From NCBI GenBank assembly GCA_963729605.1, contig CAVSNY010000006.1:352001-416000 (forward strand): a stretch of 64,000 nt of DNA, read 5' to 3'. This stretch comes from an uncultured Gammaproteobacteria bacterium. Its GTDB lineage: Bacteria > Pseudomonadota > Gammaproteobacteria > DRLM01. Positions within the stretch are counted from its first letter, which is position 1. The number at the start of each line of letters is the position of its first letter. The position numbers and the translations under genes were made by a program. The notes below the pieces were generated by a model. The model was not told the origin of the DNA and ran no database searches. It saw nothing but the letters and a program-made list of their open reading frames with translations. This document shows, one piece after another, positions 1 to 15,648 of this stretch.

Positions 1-1
1 A

Positions 2-622
2 TTCATCGAGTTCGCGATCCGCCATCACGTCCTGCGCTTCGGCGAGTTCACCCTCAAGTCCGGACGCCTGAGTCCCTATTTCTTCAACACCGGCCTGTTC
101 AACAGCGGCGCCAGCATCGCCAGGCTGGGGCGTTATTACGCCGAGACCGTGGTCCGCGCCGGCCTGCCTTTCGACATGGTGTTCGGCCCCGCCTACAAAG
201 GCGTGCCGCTGGCGGTGGCCACCACCATCGCCCTCGCCGAACTCCATGGCCGCGACCTGCCCTACGCCTTCAACCGCAAAGAGGCCAAGGACCACGGCGA
301 AGGCGGGATGACCGTGGGTGCGCCGCTCGCCGGCCGGGTCCTGATCGTCGACGACGTGATCTCCGCCGGCTTGTCGGTGGGGGAATCCATCGCGCTGATC
401 CGCGCCGCGGGCGCCGAACCGGCGGCGGTGGTGGTGGCCCTCGACCGGCAGGAACGCAGCCAGGGCACGCTCTCGGCCATACAGGAAGTGGCGCAGCGCC
501 ACGGCATTCCCGTGCTCAGCATCATCAGCCTGGACGACATCGTCGCCTGTCTGAGCGAGACGCCGGACATGGAACCCGCGGTGCGGGCGATCCGCGGTTA
601 CCGCGAGCGTTATGGCGTCTAA
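2..622 (+). CDS. pyrE: Orotate phosphoribosyltransferase (5' end outside window)
   Basis: Frame open from base 2: [55 protein letters not shown] motif [11 protein letters not shown]. Confidence 0.97.
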   Translation, partial: FIEFAIRHHVLRFGEFTLKSGRLSPYFFNTGLFNSGASIARLGRYYAETVVRAGLPFDMVFGPAYKGVPLAVATTIALAELHGRDLPYAFNRKEAKDHGEGGMTVGAPLAGRVLIVDDVISAGLSVGESIALIRAAGAEPAAVVVALDRQERSQGTLSAIQEVAQRHGIPVLSIISLDDIVACLSETPDMEPAVRAIRGYRERYGV

Positions 623-647
623 GGCGGCGCGGGGCGCCCCGCGCCGC

Positions 648-1403
648 TCAGAAAAAGATCAAGCTCAACCCGACCAATATCGAGATCACCTCGTAAGCGG
701 TTTTGATCCAGCGGCTGCCTTTGGCGATCGCCAAATGGGCGCCCAGATAACCGCCCAGGAAAGACCCCAATACCAAAGCCGGCAGCCACGACCAGCGTAT
801 CTCGCTCAGCAAGCCCAAGGTCAGGGCGCCGCCGCCGTTCCAAAAGATGCCGACCAGCACCAGGGTAAACGCCACCGCCCGCTTGTAATCCAAACCGAAC
901 CATTGCACCAGCCAGATCGTCACGAACAGGCCGGTGCCGGAGGTGAGCGATCCGTTGAGCACCCCTATAATGAACAGGCCCGCGCCGCCCGCGACATACC
1001 CGCCCGGCGTGCGATGGCGCGGCGCATGGACCAGTCCCAATTGGGGACGCAGATAGGAATAAATGCCCAGCCCGATGGTCAAAACGCCGAGGGCGGTGCG
1101 GGCCAGTTGGTCGGGTACTTGCAAAATCAGGCTGGCGCCCAACACCACCCCGGGTATACCCGTAGCGAGCATGAACAAGGAGAAGCCCAGGCTCAGCCCG
1201 CCTTCCCTTAAGTGTCGCGTCGTGGCGCCGATACCCAATGCGACGCTGGCCACTTTGTGAGTAGCCAGCGCCACCCCGAAAGGAAGCCCGAGCAAAAGGA
1301 GGGCCGGCAACTGGATCAGCCCCGCACCACCCCCCGCGAACGCGGAAAACAGGTTGGCCACCAAGGAAATGACGAAGAGTATGATCTGTATATTCCAATC
1401 CAT
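648..1403 (-). CDS. TauE/SafE family (sulfite exporter-like) membrane protein
   Basis: 251 aa, about 8 hydrophobic helices, two-repeat structure with AFAGGGAGLI and GSLTSGTGLF motifs. Confidence 0.8.
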   Translation of the reverse strand: MDWNIQIILFVISLVANLFSAFAGGGAGLIQLPALLLLGLPFGVALATHKVASVALGIGATTRHLREGGLSLGFSLFMLATGIPGVVLGASLILQVPDQLARTALGVLTIGLGIYSYLRPQLGLVHAPRHRTPGGYVAGGAGLFIIGVLNGSLTSGTGLFVTIWLVQWFGLDYKRAVAFTLVLVGIFWNGGGALTLGLLSEIRWSWLPALVLGSFLGGYLGAHLAIAKGSRWIKTAYEVISILVGLSLIFF

Positions 1404-1486
1404 GGCTCAGGGCACTCGCGGCATTCTCGGCGGCTCATCTTCTCTTGGCGTGTATTGCGCACGCAACGGTAATATCATGGCGGCCG

Positions 1487-2125
1487 ATGATCATGCATAA
1501 GTGGCTACTGACAGTGTGTCTCTTGAGCGGCGTGGCGGTGCAATCCGCGCAGGCGGCCCCCTCGGCCCCGTCCGGCACCTACCGCTGGGTGGACGAACAA
1601 GGCCGGGTTCACTACAGCGATCAGATCCCCCCCAATCAAGCCGACCGCGCTTACAAAATCATCAACCCGCGCGGCGTCACGGTAAAAAGCGTCGAGCAGG
1701 CCAAGACCCCGGAAGAACTCGCCGAAGAACAACGCCTCAAAGACCTCAAGGAAGAAGAAACGCGTCGGGCCAAGGATCGCGCCATGCAGGACCGCATCCT
1801 GCTGGACACCTACACCACCGAACACGATTTGATCGAGACCCGCGACCGCCACGTCGCCACCCTGGACGGGCTCATCGACGTCTCGCAACACAAACTGTCC
1901 AACCTCAGCCAGGAAGAACAGAAACTCACCAAGGTCGCGGCCCGCCTGGAACGCCAAGGCAAACCGGTGCCGGGCGAACTGCGCGGCGATATCGCCGCGG
2001 TACAAAGTCAGATCGAACGGGAACGGAGTTTCATCCGCGCGCAACGCGCCCAGCAAGAAGAGATCCGCGGCAAATTCGCCGCCGACCTAGCCCGTTACAA
2101 AGAGTTAAAATCCGCGCAAAAGTGA
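1487..2125 (+). CDS. Secreted DUF4124-domain protein with coiled-coil C-terminus
   Basis: Signal peptide, then YRWVDEQGRVHYSDQIPP (DUF4124 signature) and DRILLDTY coiled coil; start approximate. Confidence 0.8.
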   Translation: MIMHKWLLTVCLLSGVAVQSAQAAPSAPSGTYRWVDEQGRVHYSDQIPPNQADRAYKIINPRGVTVKSVEQAKTPEELAEEQRLKDLKEEETRRAKDRAMQDRILLDTYTTEHDLIETRDRHVATLDGLIDVSQHKLSNLSQEEQKLTKVAARLERQGKPVPGELRGDIAAVQSQIERERSFIRAQRAQQEEIRGKFAADLARYKELKSAQK

Positions 2126-2137
2126 ACGGACCGCCGT

Positions 2138-5616
<3,479 letters not shown>

Positions 5617-5673
5617 GAAAACGCGATGCCTTGTTAAAATTATCCGGATCTACCCAAATCACACGCCAGCCGT

Positions 5674-6129
5674 TCAGTGCCGGCCGGAGTGGCCGAAGCC
5701 GCCCGCGCCGCGCCGGCTGGCGTCAAAGTCGTCCACCACTTCAAAAGTCGCTTGAATCACCGGCACGAACACCATTTGCGCGATGCGCTCCCCGACATTG
5801 ATCACGAAGGGTACCGAGCCGCGGTTCCAGCACGAAACGAACACCTGTCCCTGATAATCGGAGTCGATCAAACCCACTAGATTTCCCAACACGATACCAT
5901 GCTTATGGCCCAGTCCGGAGCGGGGCAGCAAGACCGCCGCCACGCCTTTATCGGCCACATGCAAGGCGATTCCAGTGGGGATCAATTGCGTCTCGCCCGG
6001 TTGCAATTCCAAGGGCGCGGTGAGACAGGCCCGAAGATCCATGCCCGCCGCGCCCTCGGTGGCGTATTGGGGCAAGGGGAATTCCTTGCCGATCCGGGCA
6101 TCGAGTATTTTAACTTGGATGTTGCGCAT
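5674..6129 (-). CDS. dut: dUTP pyrophosphatase
   Basis: [32 protein letters not shown]. Confidence 0.98.
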   Translation of the reverse strand: MRNIQVKILDARIGKEFPLPQYATEGAAGMDLRACLTAPLELQPGETQLIPTGIALHVADKGVAAVLLPRSGLGHKHGIVLGNLVGLIDSDYQGQVFVSCWNRGSVPFVINVGERIAQMVFVPVIQATFEVVDDFDASRRGAGGFGHSGRH

Positions 6130-7315
6130 GATATCGCTCGGCTATTAACGAAATGAGTTGACGGGCCAAGGCGGGTTTGCCGGCGGCGGGCCAGTCGACG
6201 CTGCCGCCCCGCCACAGTACCGTGAGGGCGTTGTCATCGCTGTCAAACCCGAGGCCGGGACGGCCCACCCAATTGGCGGCCACCATATCCAGATTTTTGG
6301 CATGCAGTTTTTCTTGGGCGTGTTCGAGCAGTGCTTCGGTCTCCGCCGCGAAGGCCACGGTAAACGGGCGGGGCGAACGGCTCGCTACCAACGCGACGAT
6401 ATCGGTAGTGCGCTCCAGCTCCAAACTCATGCGGGACTCTTTCTTTTTTATTTTGTGCGGTGCGGACGCGGTAGTGTAATCCGCCACCGCCGCCGCGCCA
6501 ATGAAGATATCCGCCTCCGCCACCCGCGCCGCCACCGCGGCATGCATCTCCGCGGCGCTCTCCACGGCCACCCGCTCCACCCGCGATGGCACGGCCAGGG
6601 CGGTAGGGCCGCTCACCAGCACCACCCGCGCGCCGGCCTCCTGGGCGGCCTGGGCGACGGCGTAGCCCATCTTGCCGGAGCTGCGATTGCTGATGAAACG
6701 CACCGGGTCGATGGCCTCGCGGGTCGGCCCCGCCGTCACCAGCACCGTCTTGCCCTGCAAGATGCCGGTGACGAACAATTCCGCGATCGCCGCGGCGATG
6801 GCCGGCGGCTCCAGCAGGCGGCCGGGCCCGGTCTCGCCGCAGGCCTGGCCGCCGTCGGCGGGACCGAGCAGGCGCACACCGCGTTCGCGCAACAAGCGGC
6901 CGTTGGCCTGAGTCGCCGGGTTTTCCCACATCGCCGAATTCATCGCCGGCGCCAGCAGCAAAGGGGCCCGGCTGGCGAGACACAGGGTGCTCAACAAATC
7001 GCCTGCCAAGCCGTGAGCGAGCTTGGCCATGAAATCCGCGCTGGCCGGCGCCACCACCACCGCATCCGCCCACCGGGCCAGGGCGATGTGCCCCATCGCG
7101 CTTTCCTCGGCCGCGTCCAGCAGCTCGACATGCACCGGCTGCCCGGACAGCGCTTGCAAGGTGAGCGGGGTGATGAATTGGGTCGCCGCCGGGGTCATGA
7201 CCACCCGCACCTCGGCGCCGGCCTCTTTTAAGCGCCGCACCAGCTCGGCGCCTTTATAGGCCGCGATGCCGCCGGTGATGCCGACCACGATCCGCTTGTT
7301 GACCAATTGATCCAT
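6110..7315 (-). CDS. coaBC: Phosphopantothenoylcysteine decarboxylase/synthetase
   Basis: [42 protein letters not shown]. Confidence 0.97.
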   Translation of the reverse strand: MDQLVNKRIVVGITGGIAAYKGAELVRRLKEAGAEVRVVMTPAATQFITPLTLQALSGQPVHVELLDAAEESAMGHIALARWADAVVVAPASADFMAKLAHGLAGDLLSTLCLASRAPLLLAPAMNSAMWENPATQANGRLLRERGVRLLGPADGGQACGETGPGRLLEPPAIAAAIAELFVTGILQGKTVLVTAGPTREAIDPVRFISNRSSGKMGYAVAQAAQEAGARVVLVSGPTALAVPSRVERVAVESAAEMHAAVAARVAEADIFIGAAAVADYTTASAPHKIKKKESRMSLELERTTDIVALVASRSPRPFTVAFAAETEALLEHAQEKLHAKNLDMVAANWVGRPGLGFDSDDNALTVLWRGGSVDWPAAGKPALARQLISLIAERYHAQHPS

Positions 7316-7418
7316 GCGCTACATTCTGAGTCCGGGTAAAGGGCGATAAAAATAACAGATTCGCCACTCGTTTTACCATTGAGCTGTTGGGGGCTGGGTG
7401 GCGTCAGGGAGAACCGCT

Positions 7419-8093
7419 ATGGCCATTACCGATTGGCCCATCGAGGAACGTCCAAGGGAAAAACTGCTGCAACGCGGCCCCCAATCGCTTTCAGACGCGG
7501 AGCTGTTGGCCATTTTTCTGCGCACCGGGGTGCGTGGCAAAACCGCGGTGGACCTCGCCCGCGATCTATTGACTGAATACGGCGGTCTGCGCGCCCTGCT
7601 GGAGGCAGGCCAGCCGCGCTTCTGCGAGGGCAATGGATTGGGCGAGGCCAAATACGCGCAATTGCAGGCGGTGCTGGAAATGGGCCGCCGCCACCTCTTC
7701 GATACCCTCAAGCGAGGCGACGCCCTGGGCAACCCGGACGACACCCGGCGTTTTTTACAGGCTCGGCTCCGCCACTATCCCTACGAGGTATTCGCCTGCC
7801 TGTTCCTCGACAACCGCCATCGGGTCATCGAATTCCAGGAACTGTTCCGCGGCACCATCGACGGCGCCAGCGTCTATCCGAGGGAAGTGGTGCGCCAGGC
7901 CCTGACCGTCAACGCGGCGGCGGTCATTTTCGCCCACAACCATCCGTCCGGGGTAGCCGAACCCAGCAACGCCGACTACCAACTCACCCGCCGCCTGCGG
8001 GAGGCCTTGGGCTTGGTGGATATCCGGGTGCTGGACCACTTGGTAATCGGCGACGGTCAAACCGTTTCCCTCGCCGAACGGGGTGAACTATAA
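7419..8093 (+). CDS. radC: RadC/JAB-domain protein
   Basis: [36 protein letters not shown]; coaBC-radC-rpmB synteny. Confidence 0.95.
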   Translation: MAITDWPIEERPREKLLQRGPQSLSDAELLAIFLRTGVRGKTAVDLARDLLTEYGGLRALLEAGQPRFCEGNGLGEAKYAQLQAVLEMGRRHLFDTLKRGDALGNPDDTRRFLQARLRHYPYEVFACLFLDNRHRVIEFQELFRGTIDGASVYPREVVRQALTVNAAAVIFAHNHPSGVAEPSNADYQLTRRLREALGLVDIRVLDHLVIGDGQTVSLAERGEL

Positions 8094-8201
8094 CCACCCC
8101 ATTCGCCCTGTTGTCCTTGCAATGGGCGGCCGACACTGGTATAAATTCGCGCTTTGCCGCCGCCGGTCGCGGCGTGTGGGTATTTGAGGAGGTTTAGCAT
8201 C

Positions 8202-8438
8202 ATGGCCAGAGTGTGCCAGATTACGGGCAAGCGGCCCATTACGGGAAACAATGTTTCTCACGCCAACAACAAGACGAAACGTCGCTTTCTGCCCAATCTT
8301 CATACCCATCGTTTTTGGGTGGAGAGTGAAAATCGCTTCGTAAGCCTGCGGATTTCCTGCAAGGGGATGCGCATTATCGACAAACGCGGTATCGACGCCG
8401 TGTTGGTGGATATCCGCGACCGCGGCGAGAAGGTCTAA
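8202..8438 (+). CDS. rpmB: 50S ribosomal protein L28
   Basis: [33 protein letters not shown]; GAGGAGG RBS. Confidence 0.98.
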   Translation: MARVCQITGKRPITGNNVSHANNKTKRRFLPNLHTHRFWVESENRFVSLRISCKGMRIIDKRGIDAVLVDIRDRGEKV

Positions 8439-8458
8439 GGTTTTAAGGAGTTTTCGCC

Positions 8459-8614
8459 ATGCGTGAAAAAATCAAGCTCGTCTCCAGCGCCAACACCGGC
8501 CATTTCTACACCACCATCAAGAACAAGCGGAATACGCCCGACAAGATGGAAATGATGAAATACGATCCGGTGGTGCGCAAACACGTTGCCTACAAAGAAA
8601 GCAAGATCAAATAA
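8459..8614 (+). CDS. rpmG: 50S ribosomal protein L33 (absent from ORF track)
   Basis: Hand translation [51 protein letters not shown]; TAAGGAG RBS. Confidence 0.97.
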   Translation: MREKIKLVSSANTGHFYTTIKNKRNTPDKMEMMKYDPVVRKHVAYKESKIK

Positions 8615-8634
8615 TCCGAGCTTGCCCAGTACCA

Positions 8635-8665
8635 TAAAAAAACCCGCCGACGGCGGGTTTTTTTA
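8635..8665. terminator. Bidirectional intrinsic terminator
   Basis: TAAAAAAACCCGCC-GAC-GGCGGGTTTTTTTA between convergent rpmG and desaturase. Confidence 0.9.
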
Positions 8666-8719
8666 TGGGTTGCCGCGACTCCATCCTTGAAGCCGCGGCA
8701 CTCTCCGTCCGAAACGAAC

Positions 8720-9901
8720 TTATGCCGTCGTCGACTGCAAGGTGTACCCCTTCAAGGAACGGGCGAAGTCCTGCAACCCTTTGATGCCGGTTTCCTCGGC
8801 CTGCTTACACCATTCCTGAAGGTGGACCAGCAAGCTGTCTTGCGAGGTGTGGGAACGCTGCCACAAATCCTGCAAACGGGTCTTGTATTCGTAGACCGTG
8901 CTCAAGGCCGGACTGCGGTTCAAGGCCGCCTGTAACTGAACCTTATCCTCCTCGTCCATCACGGCATCGCCGCGCACCAAGGTGGTTTTCGCCCGTTTCA
9001 GCAAACTGCGGCAACCCGTATCGGCCTTGTACGCCTCTTCGCGCAACACCGGCACCACCACGTCTTTGGCGTAATGCGACAATACGTGCAGACGATTCAC
9101 CAAAATCGCCTTCACCGTTTCCATATCCACCGCGTGTTTGCTGGGATTGATCACGGGTTCCGGCGCTACTTTCTTCACCTTGGCCAAACCGAGGATCTCG
9201 AAACTGCGGATATAGAACCAACCGATATCGAACTCCCAGGGCTTGGAAGAGAGCTTGGCCGAGCTCGGGAAGGCATGGTGGTTGTTATGCAACTCTTCGC
9301 CGCCGATGATGATGCCCCAAGGCGAGATATTAGTAGCGGCATCCGGGCTTTCATAATTACGGTAACCCCAGAAGTGGCCAATCCCATTGACGATGCCCGC
9401 CGCGAAAATCGGGATCCACAACATCTGCACCGCCCAGATGGTCAGACCGATGGGTCCGAACAAGAGCAGGTTTATGCTCAACATCACGCCGATGCCTATC
9501 TTGCTGCTGCCGGTGTAGACGTGCCGTTCCAGCCAATCATCGGGCGTGCCGCGACCGTATTTTTCCAGGGTTTCGGCGTTGCGCGACTCTCTCCGATAAA
9601 GCTCGGCGCCTTCCAAGAGCAATTTACGCAAACCAAAGATTTGCGGGCTATGGGGATCTTCTTCGGTTTCACAGCGGGCGTGATGTTTACGATGCACCGC
9701 CGTCCATTCCTTGGTCACCATGCCCGTGGTCAACCACAACCAGAAACGGAAGAAATGACTTACTACCGGATGCAACTCCAAGGAGCGATGAGCCTGATGG
9801 CGGTGCAAATAAATAGTGACGGCGGCGATCGTGACGTGGGTCAGACCCAAGGCCACCAACACATAACCCCACCAGGATAAATCCAACAATCCGTTCAACA
9901 T
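8720..9901 (-). CDS. desA: Membrane fatty-acid (delta-9 type) desaturase, DesA-like
   Basis: His boxes HRHQAH, HRKHH, HNNHH; GEELHNNHHAFPSSAK; helical C-terminal extension. Confidence 0.85.
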   Translation of the reverse strand: MLNGLLDLSWWGYVLVALGLTHVTIAAVTIYLHRHQAHRSLELHPVVSHFFRFWLWLTTGMVTKEWTAVHRKHHARCETEEDPHSPQIFGLRKLLLEGAELYRRESRNAETLEKYGRGTPDDWLERHVYTGSSKIGIGVMLSINLLLFGPIGLTIWAVQMLWIPIFAAGIVNGIGHFWGYRNYESPDAATNISPWGIIIGGEELHNNHHAFPSSAKLSSKPWEFDIGWFYIRSFEILGLAKVKKVAPEPVINPSKHAVDMETVKAILVNRLHVLSHYAKDVVVPVLREEAYKADTGCRSLLKRAKTTLVRGDAVMDEEDKVQLQAALNRSPALSTVYEYKTRLQDLWQRSHTSQDSLLVHLQEWCKQAEETGIKGLQDFARSLKGYTLQSTTA

Positions 9902-10042
9902 GTAGCGACAACCCCGCAAATAGTTGATTAAAAGACCAGAATTACAAGCCGACTGACTTAGCTTAGCATAGCCTGAATTGGGCTATTCGTCCAATTCCAT
10001 AGTCCGAGTAAGTCTATAGGCGCGCAGCCCGGATATCAAGGC

Positions 10043-11263
10043 TCAGGTGCGATACTCCGCGTTGATGCGCACATAATCATATGAAAAGTCACAGGTCCAT
10101 ACCCGTGCGGCAAATGGCCCGCGGCCAAGTTGAACCCGCACCGTGATCTCTTCGCGCGCCATCACCGCCTGACCAAGCGACTCCTGGTAAGCCGGCGCGC
10201 GGCCGCCGCCCTGCACGATACAGACCTCATTCAAATAAATATTGATGCGGCCCACGTCCAAACCGGCCACCCCGGCCCGGCCTACCGCCGCCAATATCCG
10301 CCCCCAGTTGGGGTCGCTGGCGAAAAACGCGGTCTTCACCAGGGGGGAATGGGCGATGGCGTAAGCCACTTGCCGGCATTCCTCTGCATCGGCGCCCCCC
10401 TCGATTTCCACAGTCATGAACTTGGTCGCCCCCTCGCCGTCACGCACGATGGCTTGCGCGAGGGTGGCGCAGACTTCACTTACCGCCAGCGCGAATGCGG
10501 CATAGGCCGCGTCCTGCTCCGAAACCAACGACGGCAAGCCGCTGCGCCCGGTGGCGATCAGCACGCAGGCATCGTTGGTGGAGGTGTCGCCGTCGATGGT
10601 GATGGCATTGAAGGAGGTCTCGACCGCCGCCTGCAAACAGCGCTGCAATAAGCCCGGTTCCACCGCCGCGTCGGTGGCGATGAAACTCAGCATGGTGGCC
10701 ATATCGGGGCGGATCATGCCCGCGCCCTTCGCAATGCCGGTGATGGTCACCGTCTGCCCGTTGATTTCCAAGCGGCGGGAAACACCTTTGGGTACCGTAT
10801 CGGTGGTCATGATGCCATGCGCCGCGTCGGCCCAGTTTTCGGCGTTTAAATCCGCGAACGCGGCAGGCAAGGCCGCGGTAATCTTGTCCGCCGGCAAGGG
10901 CTCGCCGATCACCCCGGTGGAAAACGGCAACACCTCGGCGGCGTTCACCCCCGTTAGGTGGGCCATGGCCTCGCAGCAGGCAATCGCGTCGCGCAGACCT
11001 TGCTCACCGGTGCCGGCGTTGGCGTTGCCGGTGTTGATCAGCAAATAACGCGGAGTACTCGCGGCGAGATGGCGCTTGGCCACCAGCACCGGCGCGGCGC
11101 AAAAGGCATTGCGGGTGAAGACCGCGGCGCAGTGCGCGCCGGCCGGCACGTCGATGAGCACGATGTCGCGCCGCCCCGGCTTTTTGATACCCGCCGAGGC
11201 GATGCCCAGCTGCAAGCCCGGCACCGGGTGGAGCACGGGCAATCCTGTCAATCCGACGGCCAT
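10043..11263 (-). CDS. argJ: Bifunctional ornithine acetyltransferase/N-acetylglutamate synthase
   Basis: [53 protein letters not shown]. Confidence 0.97.
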   Translation of the reverse strand: MAVGLTGLPVLHPVPGLQLGIASAGIKKPGRRDIVLIDVPAGAHCAAVFTRNAFCAAPVLVAKRHLAASTPRYLLINTGNANAGTGEQGLRDAIACCEAMAHLTGVNAAEVLPFSTGVIGEPLPADKITAALPAAFADLNAENWADAAHGIMTTDTVPKGVSRRLEINGQTVTITGIAKGAGMIRPDMATMLSFIATDAAVEPGLLQRCLQAAVETSFNAITIDGDTSTNDACVLIATGRSGLPSLVSEQDAAYAAFALAVSEVCATLAQAIVRDGEGATKFMTVEIEGGADAEECRQVAYAIAHSPLVKTAFFASDPNWGRILAAVGRAGVAGLDVGRINIYLNEVCIVQGGGRAPAYQESLGQAVMAREEITVRVQLGRGPFAARVWTCDFSYDYVRINAEYRT

Positions 11264-11309
11264 GACCTGACTTCTCTAACTCAAATTTAAACTAAACGAC
11301 GGCGGCGCA

Positions 11310-14024
11310 TCACGACACTTGGCCGTGGCACTGCTTATATTTTTTGCCCGAGCCGCAAGGACAAGGCTCGTTGCGACCGACCTTGCGGCCCTCGCGCACG
11401 AAAGGCGTATGGGACTCTTCGTCACCGGCAACGCCGGCCCCTTCCGCGCCTCCCACCGCCATGGCCGGCACCTGGGCATGTTCGAACCGCATGGGCACTT
11501 GGGCGCGGCGCTGTTCTTCCACCGCCTGCACGTCTTCTTCGGCGCGCACCTTGACCCGGGTGAGAATGCTGATCACCTCGTGTTTAATTTTGTCCAGCAA
11601 TTGGGCGAACATCCCAAACGCATCGCGCTTGTATTCCTGAATCGGATTCTTCTGCGCATAACCGCGCAGATGAATGCCCTGCCGCAGGTGATCCATGGCG
11701 GCGAGATGGTCTTTCCACATCGCGTCGAGCACCTGCAGCATCACCGCTTTTTCGAAATGCCGCATCACGCCGGCGCCGGCATAGGCCTCTTTCTCGGCAT
11801 AAACCTGCTCCGCCGCGTCCAAGATACGCTGGCGCAAGGTCTCTTCATGCAGGTCATGGTCTTCTTCCAGCCACGTCGATATTTTCAACTGCATGCCGAA
11901 TTGTTCCAAGGCCTCTTCCAGACCCGCCACGTCCCATTGTTCTTCCAAACTCTGCGGCGGAATATAGGTATTGATGAGGCCGTTGATCACATCAGCACGA
12001 ATGGCCTGAATGGTGTCGGAGACGTCCTCCGAGACCATGATCTCGTTGCGCTGCTCATAGATCACCTTGCGCTGGTCGTTGGCCACGTCGTCATAATCGA
12101 GCAATTGTTTGCGGATGTCGAAGTTATGGCCTTCCACTTTGCGCTGGGCATTTTCGATGGCGCGGCTCACCCATGGGTGTTCGATGGCCTCACCCGCCTG
12201 CATGCCGAGTTTTTGCATCAACCCCTTCACCTTGTCGGAGGCGAAGATGCGCATGAGATTGTCTTCCAGCGACAAGTAAAAACGCGTGGAACCCGCGTCA
12301 CCCTGCCGGCCCGAACGGCCGCGCAGCTGATTGTCGACCCGCCGCGATTCGTGGCGCTCGGTGCCGATCACGTGCAAGCCGCCGGAGGCCAGCACTTCAT
12401 CATGACGGCGCTGCCACTCTTCCTTCACCTGCCGCACCGCTTCGTCGGCCGGGCTCGCACCCAAGACGGCGATATCCGCCTCGAGACTGCCGCCCAACAC
12501 GATATCGGTGCCGCGGCCGGCCATATTGGTGGCGATGGTCACGCCGCCGGGACGGCCGGCCTCGGCGACGATCTGCGCCTCGCGCTCGTGCTGCTTGGCA
12601 TTGAGCACCTGGTGTTTGATGCCGTCTTTTTCCAGCAAACGCGACAGATATTCCGAAGTCTCGATGGACGTGGTGCCCACCAGCACCGGCTGGCCACGCT
12701 CATTACACGCCTTGATATCCTCGATGATCGCATCGAACTTTTCTTTCGCCGACAAATAGACCAGATCACCATGGTCCTTACGGAGCATGGGACGATGGGT
12801 GGGAATCACCACCACTTCCAAGCTATAGATCTGCTGAAACTCGAAGGCTTCGGTATCGGCGGTACCGGTCATACCGGCCAGCTTTTTGTATAAACGAAAA
12901 TAATTCTGGAAGGTGATGGAGGCGAGGGTTTGATTCTCGTTCTGTATCGGCACGCCCTCTTTGGCTTCCACCGCCTGGTGCAAACCTTCTGACCAGCGCC
13001 GGCCGGGCAAGGTACGGCCGGTGAACTCATCAACGATGACGATTTGCTTGTCCTTCACGATGTATTCGACGTCGCGGTGGTACAGCGAATGGGCGCGCAA
13101 ACCGGCGTTGAGATGATGCATCAAACTGATATTGGCCGCGTCGTAGAGGCTGGCGCCCTCTTCGAGCAAACCGGCCTCCGCCAGCAGCTCTTCCACATGC
13201 TGGTGACCTTCTTCGGTGAGAAAGACCTGGCGGGTCTTTTCATCCACCGAGAAATCGCCGGGCTGCCCTTCCCCTTCCTGCTTGGTCAGCTTGGGGATGA
13301 GTTTGTTGATTTTGATGTAGAGCTCCGAGCTGTCATCGCTCGGCCCCGAGATGATGAGCGGCGTGCGCGCCTCGTCGATCAGGATTGAATCCACCTCGTC
13401 GACCACCGCGAAGTGGGTACCGCGCTGCACCCGGTCCGCCACGCTGAAGGCCATGTTGTCGCGCAGATAGTCGAAGCCGTATTCGTTGTTGGTGCCGTAG
13501 GTGATGTCGCAGGCGTAGGCCGCGCGTTTTTCCTCGGTGCTCTGGCCCGAGACTATGACGCCGGTGGTCATGCCGAGAAAGCCGTAGAGGCGCCCCATCC
13601 AATCCGCGTCGCGGCGCGCCAGATAATCGTTCACCGTCACCACGTGCACGCCGTTGCCGGCCAGCGCGTTGAGGTATACGGGCAAGGTCGCCACCAAGGT
13701 TTTACCTTCGCCGGTCCGCATCTCGGCGATCTTGCCTTGATGCAGCACCATGCCGCCGATCAGCTGCACGTCGAAGTGGCGCATGCCCAGCGCGCGTTTG
13801 CCGGCCTCGCGGGTCACCGCGAAGGCCTCCGGCAGCAGGCTGTCGAGGGTCGCGCCCTCCGCCAGGCGCCGGCGAAATTCCTCGGTCTTAGCCCGCAGCG
13901 CCTCGTCGGAAAGCTTTTCCAACGCGGGCTCCAGGCCGTTAATGCTGTGCACGGCCGCATGCATGCGCTTCAACAAACGCTCATTACGGCTACCAAAAAC
14001 CTTGTTCAACAATTTTGAAATCAT
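11310..14024 (-). CDS. secA: Preprotein translocase ATPase SecA
   Basis: [38 protein letters not shown]-terminal [19 protein letters not shown]. Confidence 0.99.
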   Translation of the reverse strand: MISKLLNKVFGSRNERLLKRMHAAVHSINGLEPALEKLSDEALRAKTEEFRRRLAEGATLDSLLPEAFAVTREAGKRALGMRHFDVQLIGGMVLHQGKIAEMRTGEGKTLVATLPVYLNALAGNGVHVVTVNDYLARRDADWMGRLYGFLGMTTGVIVSGQSTEEKRAAYACDITYGTNNEYGFDYLRDNMAFSVADRVQRGTHFAVVDEVDSILIDEARTPLIISGPSDDSSELYIKINKLIPKLTKQEGEGQPGDFSVDEKTRQVFLTEEGHQHVEELLAEAGLLEEGASLYDAANISLMHHLNAGLRAHSLYHRDVEYIVKDKQIVIVDEFTGRTLPGRRWSEGLHQAVEAKEGVPIQNENQTLASITFQNYFRLYKKLAGMTGTADTEAFEFQQIYSLEVVVIPTHRPMLRKDHGDLVYLSAKEKFDAIIEDIKACNERGQPVLVGTTSIETSEYLSRLLEKDGIKHQVLNAKQHEREAQIVAEAGRPGGVTIATNMAGRGTDIVLGGSLEADIAVLGASPADEAVRQVKEEWQRRHDEVLASGGLHVIGTERHESRRVDNQLRGRSGRQGDAGSTRFYLSLEDNLMRIFASDKVKGLMQKLGMQAGEAIEHPWVSRAIENAQRKVEGHNFDIRKQLLDYDDVANDQRKVIYEQRNEIMVSEDVSDTIQAIRADVINGLINTYIPPQSLEEQWDVAGLEEALEQFGMQLKISTWLEEDHDLHEETLRQRILDAAEQVYAEKEAYAGAGVMRHFEKAVMLQVLDAMWKDHLAAMDHLRQGIHLRGYAQKNPIQEYKRDAFGMFAQLLDKIKHEVISILTRVKVRAEEDVQAVEEQRRAQVPMRFEHAQVPAMAVGGAEGAGVAGDEESHTPFVREGRKVGRNEPCPCGSGKKYKQCHGQVS

Positions 14025-14089
14025 GCGAATTCTTTGAAGGCGGGGTTGAAACCAACTTTATTGTAGCGCGGGTACGCCGCGTGCGGCCA

Positions 14090-15016
14090 CTAACGGGCGT
14101 CGCTGAGATATTTTATAGGATTGACGACCTTGCCGTTGCGCAGCACTTCGAAGTGGAGATGCGGGCCGGTGGAGCGCCCCGTCGAACCCATTAACGCCAG
14201 CACTTGGCCCTTATTCACCTTATCTCCCTCCTTGACCAGATTCACTTGATTATGTCCGTAACGGGTGATGTAGCCGTTACCGTGATTGACCTCGACCAGA
14301 TTGCCGTAACCGGCGCGCGCACCGGAGAAAATCACCACCCCCGATCCCACCACTTCGATGGGCGCACCCTGTTTGCCGGCGATGTCTATTCCGGCGTGAT
14401 GGACGCGGCGACCGGTGAACGGATCGGAACGAATTCCGAAATAAGACGACACCCAGCCGTCTTCCACCGGCCGGCCGGCCGGCAATACCGAGTCCATCAA
14501 ATTGCGATTCATCAGCAAGGATTCCAGCACGCTGAACTGCTGAGCGCGATTTTCCAGTTGCCTGTCGAGCGCGTCCACCGATTCCTGCAGGCCGGGCAGC
14601 TTGACGGCGGGGGGCTCAAACGCCAGCGGAATTTCCGGGCCGCCTTGCGCGGGGGGATTCTCGAAATTGAACTCGCCGTTATCCAAACCGGCCATATCGA
14701 CCAGACGGCGGCCCACGGCGTCCAGCCGGATGACATGGGCCTGCAAACTGCCCAAGCGGGCCACCAGGGCATTGAGGTGTTCCCGCATCTCGCGGGTGAT
14801 TTGATTGCCGGCCTGACCACCCTCGACCACCCCGGTCTCCGACAGGTCGGCGAGGACCTCGCTGCGGCCTTGTTGGGCGCCCCAATAGAATCCCAGGCCG
14901 GCGGCGAGGGCGACCGGCATGATCAGCACGGCCGCCACCGCCAAGGCGCGCGCCCGGCTCAGGTGAATTTTCACCGGGCGTTGCATATTCTTAACGAGTA
15001 AAATGATATTCAGCAT
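14090..15016 (-). CDS. M23 family metallopeptidase
   Basis: N-terminal TM, coiled coil, HAGIDIA, YGH, STGPHLHFEV; usual position between lpxC and secA. Confidence 0.9.
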   Translation of the reverse strand: MLNIILLVKNMQRPVKIHLSRARALAVAAVLIMPVALAAGLGFYWGAQQGRSEVLADLSETGVVEGGQAGNQITREMREHLNALVARLGSLQAHVIRLDAVGRRLVDMAGLDNGEFNFENPPAQGGPEIPLAFEPPAVKLPGLQESVDALDRQLENRAQQFSVLESLLMNRNLMDSVLPAGRPVEDGWVSSYFGIRSDPFTGRRVHHAGIDIAGKQGAPIEVVGSGVVIFSGARAGYGNLVEVNHGNGYITRYGHNQVNLVKEGDKVNKGQVLALMGSTGRSTGPHLHFEVLRNGKVVNPIKYLSDAR

Positions 15017-15071
15017 GTGGACTGTGCGTTCATCTCACCGTTGCGGATCATTCTTAACGTTTAGGGAAACC

Positions 15072-15539
15072 GTGAATCATCCTAAATCCAAATCGCTGAC
15101 CAAGTGGCTGCATACCCCGTCGGACCAACTCAGCCCCCTGCTCGCCCAGGTGCGGTTGCTGCACCGGATCACCGGTGCCTTGCGCGGCCTCTTGGGCAAT
15201 CCGCTGGCGGAACACTGCCAAGCGGCCAATCTCGACGGCACCACTTTGGTGATCAGCACCGACTCGCCGGCCTGGGCGGCCAAATTGCGCTATCAGCTCA
15301 CGTCCTTGTTGGCGCAATTGCAGACCCGGGACGACTTACCACCCATCGAGCAGATCCGTATCCGGGTTCAGCCGGCCAACCCGCCCCGCCCGGCCCCCGC
15401 CGCGCGGCGCCTGGCCATTTCCTCCGAGACCGCGGCGGTCATCCGCCACGTGGCGGATCATACCACCGATCCCCAACTTCAGGCGGCCCTCCGCCGGCTG
15501 GCGCGGCACGCCGTCAAATCGCGGCCCGAAGAACGTTAG
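15072..15539 (+). CDS. DciA/DUF721 family protein
   Basis: LAEHCQAANLDGTTLVISTDSPAWAAKLRY; conserved position between lpxC and M23/secA; GTG start inferred. Confidence 0.8.
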   Translation: MNHPKSKSLTKWLHTPSDQLSPLLAQVRLLHRITGALRGLLGNPLAEHCQAANLDGTTLVISTDSPAWAAKLRYQLTSLLAQLQTRDDLPPIEQIRIRVQPANPPRPAPAARRLAISSETAAVIRHVADHTTDPQLQAALRRLARHAVKSRPEER

Positions 15540-15648
15540 GCCGCCTAGGCTTAAGAACTATCGAGACCACCGGCAATTTACTTTATCGCCGGCGGTAAAG
15601 TCTGTGGAATGTATCCCAATTCAAAAGGAGCGGGCGAACGCCGCGTCC

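Noticed and set aside
7419-8093. radC as a marker of a mobile or anti-defence element
   Set aside because: Full-length chromosomal type in the standard coaBC-radC-rpmB-rpmG context
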